The translations under genes were made by a program, and so were the position numbers. From NCBI GenBank assembly GCA_963676875.1, contig OY781436.1, positions 2,803,281 to 2,867,280 on the forward strand: a stretch of DNA of 64,000 bases. Direction: 5' to 3'. The notes under the pieces are model-generated. The model did no database searches. It was not told the DNA's origin and worked only from the letters and a program-made list of their open reading frames with translations. This document shows positions 61,007 through 64,000 of this stretch, piece by piece (positions within the stretch are counted from its first letter, which is position 1; each line of letters starts with the position of its first letter). The stretch is from Bacteroidales bacterium (GTDB lineage Bacteria > Bacteroidota > Bacteroidia > Bacteroidales > F082).

Positions 61007-62344
61007 ATGCCCAGAAGAAGAAAACGTGATCTGATTATCAGGGGGTTCTCTAAGCTCCTGAAAGAAGACAAACTGAAAATTGTAGCCGAACTGATGGATA
61101 ATCAGGTGGAAACCATTGAGCTACTAAAAAGCTTTTGGCACAGCGATCAAAATAAACAGAAAATCTTTGATGAGTTCAGTGAAAATACCATTTCCAATTT
61201 TTATATTCCCTATGGTGTAGCCCCCAATGTTATTGTTAACGATATCAATTACCTGGTACCGCTCGTCATTGAAGAGAGTTCTGTGGTAGCAGCAGCTTCT
61301 TCAAGTGCTCGTTTTTGGAGCGATCATGGCGGTTTTCATGCCGAAGTGGTGGATGTGGAAAAAATTGGTCAGGTACACTTTTTATGGAAGGGAAAGCGCA
61401 AACGCCTTTGGCAGGTTCAGGAGAGTTTGTTCAATCACCTGCGTGAAGCCACCGGACATATTACGGCCAACATGGAATCCAGAGGAGGCGGTATCGTGCG
61501 TTTCGAGCTGGTTGACAAAACGTCTGAAATCGATCATTATTACCAACTCAAGGTGTCTTTTGATACGGTGGATTCCATGGGAGCTAATTTTATTAACTCC
61601 TGTCTGGAAGAATTCGCTCAGGAAATGCAACATTTTTTCAAAAATGAGGAGTCTTTCAAACAAAACGAACGGGAATGTGAAATTGTGATGTCTATTCTTT
61701 CCAACTATACGCCAAACTGTCTGGTAAAGGCGTGGGTGGAATGTCCTTTTTCTGAATTGGAAGGTTTGGACGAAAGCCTTACCGGTGAGCAGTTTGCTCA
61801 CAAGTTTCAATTGGCTGTTCGTATCGCCGAAATCGACGTTTTTAGAGCTACTACCCACAACAAAGGGGTATTTAATGGCATCGACGCGGTGGCCATCGCC
61901 ACGGGAAACGACTTTCGTGCCATCGAAGCCGCCGGTCATGCCTACGCTTCCAAGGACGGAAAATACAGAAGCCTCACTTCCGTTGACTTGTCGAAGGGGT
62001 ATTTCAGGTACGAGCTTTTGTTGCCCATGGCTCTGGGTACGGTGGGCGGACTTACCTCACTGCATCCTCTCGCCAAACACTCATTAAAGATGCTAGGCAA
62101 TCCCACTGCCAAAGAGTTGATGATGATTGCTGCTTCGGTTGGGTTGGCCAACAATTTTGCGGCTGTGCGTTCGTTGGTTACAAAAGGCATCCAAATTGGC
62201 CACATGAAAATGCATTTGCTCAACATACTAAATCATTTTGAAGCCACCACGGAGGAAAAAGAAAAGGCAGTGGCACATTTTGTGGATAATAAAGTCTCCT
62301 TTTCCAATGTCAGCCAGTTTTTAGCCAACCTTCGCAACACCTGA
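61007..62344 (+). CDS. Hydroxymethylglutaryl-CoA reductase (class II-like)
   Basis: 445 aa with EESSVVAAAS, DSMGANFINS, ATGNDFRAIEAAGHAYAS and GIQIGHMKMH. Confidence 0.9.
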   Translation: MPRRRKRDLIIRGFSKLLKEDKLKIVAELMDNQVETIELLKSFWHSDQNKQKIFDEFSENTISNFYIPYGVAPNVIVNDINYLVPLVIEESSVVAAASSSARFWSDHGGFHAEVVDVEKIGQVHFLWKGKRKRLWQVQESLFNHLREATGHITANMESRGGGIVRFELVDKTSEIDHYYQLKVSFDTVDSMGANFINSCLEEFAQEMQHFFKNEESFKQNERECEIVMSILSNYTPNCLVKAWVECPFSELEGLDESLTGEQFAHKFQLAVRIAEIDVFRATTHNKGVFNGIDAVAIATGNDFRAIEAAGHAYASKDGKYRSLTSVDLSKGYFRYELLLPMALGTVGGLTSLHPLAKHSLKMLGNPTAKELMMIAASVGLANNFAAVRSLVTKGIQIGHMKMHLLNILNHFEATTEEKEKAVAHFVDNKVSFSNVSQFLANLRNT

Positions 62345-63264
62345 TGAATCGATTCTCCGACTTTCGCGCCCATGGCAAGCTGCTTATTACCGGCGAATAC
62401 CTTGTGCTTGAAGGCGCTCAGGCATTGGCTGTTCCATTGAAGTTGGGTCAGTCGTTGCGGGCCAGACCCTTGGACGACAAGGTGTTGACTTGGGAAGCAC
62501 GATCTCCGGAGGGTTTATGGTTTCAGGCCAGCTTTCAATTGCCTACCCTTGCACTGTTATCCACTTCCAACAAACTACTTGCCAATAAACTTAGGGAAAT
62601 CCTGAACGAAGCCTTTTTGGAAACCAGGAAATCAGTAAATCTGGGCGTTCAAGTGATTACCACTCTGGATTTCCATCCGGAATATGGTTTTGGCTCAAGT
62701 GCCACACTCATTTCTTTGTTGTCGCAATGGCTCGAACTCAATGCCCATGGTCTGCATCATGCCTTGTTTGGTGGATCGGGGTACGACATCGCCTGCGCCA
62801 TGGCTACCGGCCCTATTTTGTACTCATTGAAAAACAACCAACCTCAGGAGCTGCCTGTTCATTTTTATCCGGATTTCCATCAACAGCTTTATTTTGTTTA
62901 CCTGGGTCAGAAACAGCGTTCATCAGCCGAGGTGGCTCGTTTTAAGAAAAAGAGAGGCTTCGATCATACCCATATCGACAAAATTACTGCCCTTACCCAT
63001 GAAATACTTCATGCGGACAACCTGACTATCATGGAAAACGCATTGAAGGCTCATGAACACTTGATGTCACAAATCCTTCAACGACCAACCATTCAGTCGG
63101 AACGCTTTGTAAATTATGATGGAGTGGTGAAATCGTTGGGCGCTTGGGGCGGCGATTTTGTGCTGGTGACCACACAAGATGATGAATTATCTTTCAGAAA
63201 GCAAATGCAATCCCTTGGATTTTCGGTGGTTTATGCCTTTGAAGAATTGGTTGTGGCTCGTTAG
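62344..63264 (+). CDS. GHMP kinase of the GYDIA type (mevalonate-pathway kinase)
   Basis: 306 aa with GEYLVLEGA, the GFGSSATL phosphate-binding loop, and the literal GSGYDIA motif. The start overlaps the HMGR stop. Confidence 0.8.
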   Translation: MNRFSDFRAHGKLLITGEYLVLEGAQALAVPLKLGQSLRARPLDDKVLTWEARSPEGLWFQASFQLPTLALLSTSNKLLANKLREILNEAFLETRKSVNLGVQVITTLDFHPEYGFGSSATLISLLSQWLELNAHGLHHALFGGSGYDIACAMATGPILYSLKNNQPQELPVHFYPDFHQQLYFVYLGQKQRSSAEVARFKKKRGFDHTHIDKITALTHEILHADNLTIMENALKAHEHLMSQILQRPTIQSERFVNYDGVVKSLGAWGGDFVLVTTQDDELSFRKQMQSLGFSVVYAFEELVVAR

Positions 63265-63288
63265 GTCTATTTGTATTATTTTTGCCCC

Positions 63289-64000
63289 ATGCATGGAAAA
63301 ATAACCTGGGAGAGTCCTTCCAACATCGCGTTAATCAAATATTGGGGAAAATTTGGAGATCAATTGCCTCAAAACCCATCCTTTAGCATGACTTTAAAGC
63401 ATGCGCTAACACGAACCACCATAGAATATCAACAGGTGGCTAACACAGATAAAACCGCTGTTTCATTTCTTTTTCAAGGAAAGCCTCATCCTGCTTTTGA
63501 ACAACGGATTTTGAAATATGTGCATCGTTTTTCCGAAAGATATCCCTTGCTATCGACTTTACAATTGAACATTTCATCGCACAACACATTCCCGCATTCT
63601 TCAGGAATAGCATCCTCTGCTTCAGCTTTTAGTGCACTTGCTTTAGGACTATTGTCGATTGTGGAGGAAGTTTATGAGCAGGAGTTTACTTCGTCCGAGT
63701 TTTTTGCCGAAGCATCACAATGGGCTCGTCTGGGTTCAGGTAGTGCCTCACGTTCCGTATACGGAGGATATGTGATTTGGGGTGTTACCAAAGAATATCC
63801 GGATTATAGTAATATGTACGCTGTTCCGTTCAGTTTTCCCATTCATCCTGTTTTTCAACAATTGGGCGATGCTATATTAATTGTGAACGAAGGAACCAAA
63901 AAAGTGGGCAGCAGCGCTGGGCATGGCTTGATGGAAACGAATCCTTTCGCGGAAGCAAGATACGTGCAGGCACACAACCATGTGGTTGAAATGCATGATG
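63289..64000 (+). CDS. Diphosphomevalonate (or phosphomevalonate) decarboxylase, 5' part (runs off the window)
   Basis: This ORF is absent from the ORF track because it has no stop in the window. My own translation from the ATG at 63289 reads MHGKITWESPSNIALIKYWGK...SSGIASSASAFSALA...ARLGSGSASRSVYGG. Confidence 0.85.
   Translation, partial: MHGKITWESPSNIALIKYWGKFGDQLPQNPSFSMTLKHALTRTTIEYQQVANTDKTAVSFLFQGKPHPAFEQRILKYVHRFSERYPLLSTLQLNISSHNTFPHSSGIASSASAFSALALGLLSIVEEVYEQEFTSSEFFAEASQWARLGSGSASRSVYGGYVIWGVTKEYPDYSNMYAVPFSFPIHPVFQQLGDAILIVNEGTKKVGSSAGHGLMETNPFAEARYVQAHNHVVEMHD

Overview
This 64-kb chromosomal segment reads as Bacteroidota. Supporting signs are four proteins with T9SS C-terminal sorting domains, gldF-gldG-DUF4340, exact TAnnTTTG -7 boxes 18-47 nt upstream of many starts, a MurF-Alr fusion, and a GYDIA-type GHMP kinase in a mevalonate cluster. 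I call 43 protein-coding genes. I found no rRNA, tRNA, CRISPR/cas, transposase, integrase or phage genes, and no recognisable defence system. In order, the content is: an ABC-F ATPase; gldFG; a receiver/PEP-binding (PPDK_N) protein; SlyD; a T9SS cargo protein; a 4-gene NuoE/NuoF-type flavoprotein operon ending in a DHOD-like gene; a second receiver/PPDK_N paralog; LpxR-like; a LuxR-type regulator; obg, pdxA and murF-alr; a VTC / DUF4956 / CotH trio; a more A/T-rich block of T9SS cargo genes and O-acyl/glycosyl-transfer genes; gdhA; housekeeping genes (fabD, folE, PTPS); and HMG-CoA reductase, GHMP kinase and mevalonate decarboxylase. The most unusual structures are non-coding. (i) A 2.07-kb array of 12 tandem ~173-bp hairpin-bearing units (12081-14147) has no conserved reading frame and no unique spacers. 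It sits between an operon terminator and a T9SS-cargo promoter. (ii) A composite repeat locus (27283-28143) holds purine-rich short repeats, a near-identical 233-bp structured unit x2.2, and an 8-bp repeat (x3 on the left, x15 on the right). (iii) Short C-run/loop/G-run palindromes are scattered through the intergenic regions. On the coding side, two things deserve attention: the NuoEF + [2Fe2S-GltD-NuoG-like fusion] + DHOD-like operon bracketed by the two receiver/PPDK_N paralogs, and the VTC-DUF4956-CotH trio. The tandem array is my best candidate for something undescribed, but its function cannot be read from sequence alone.
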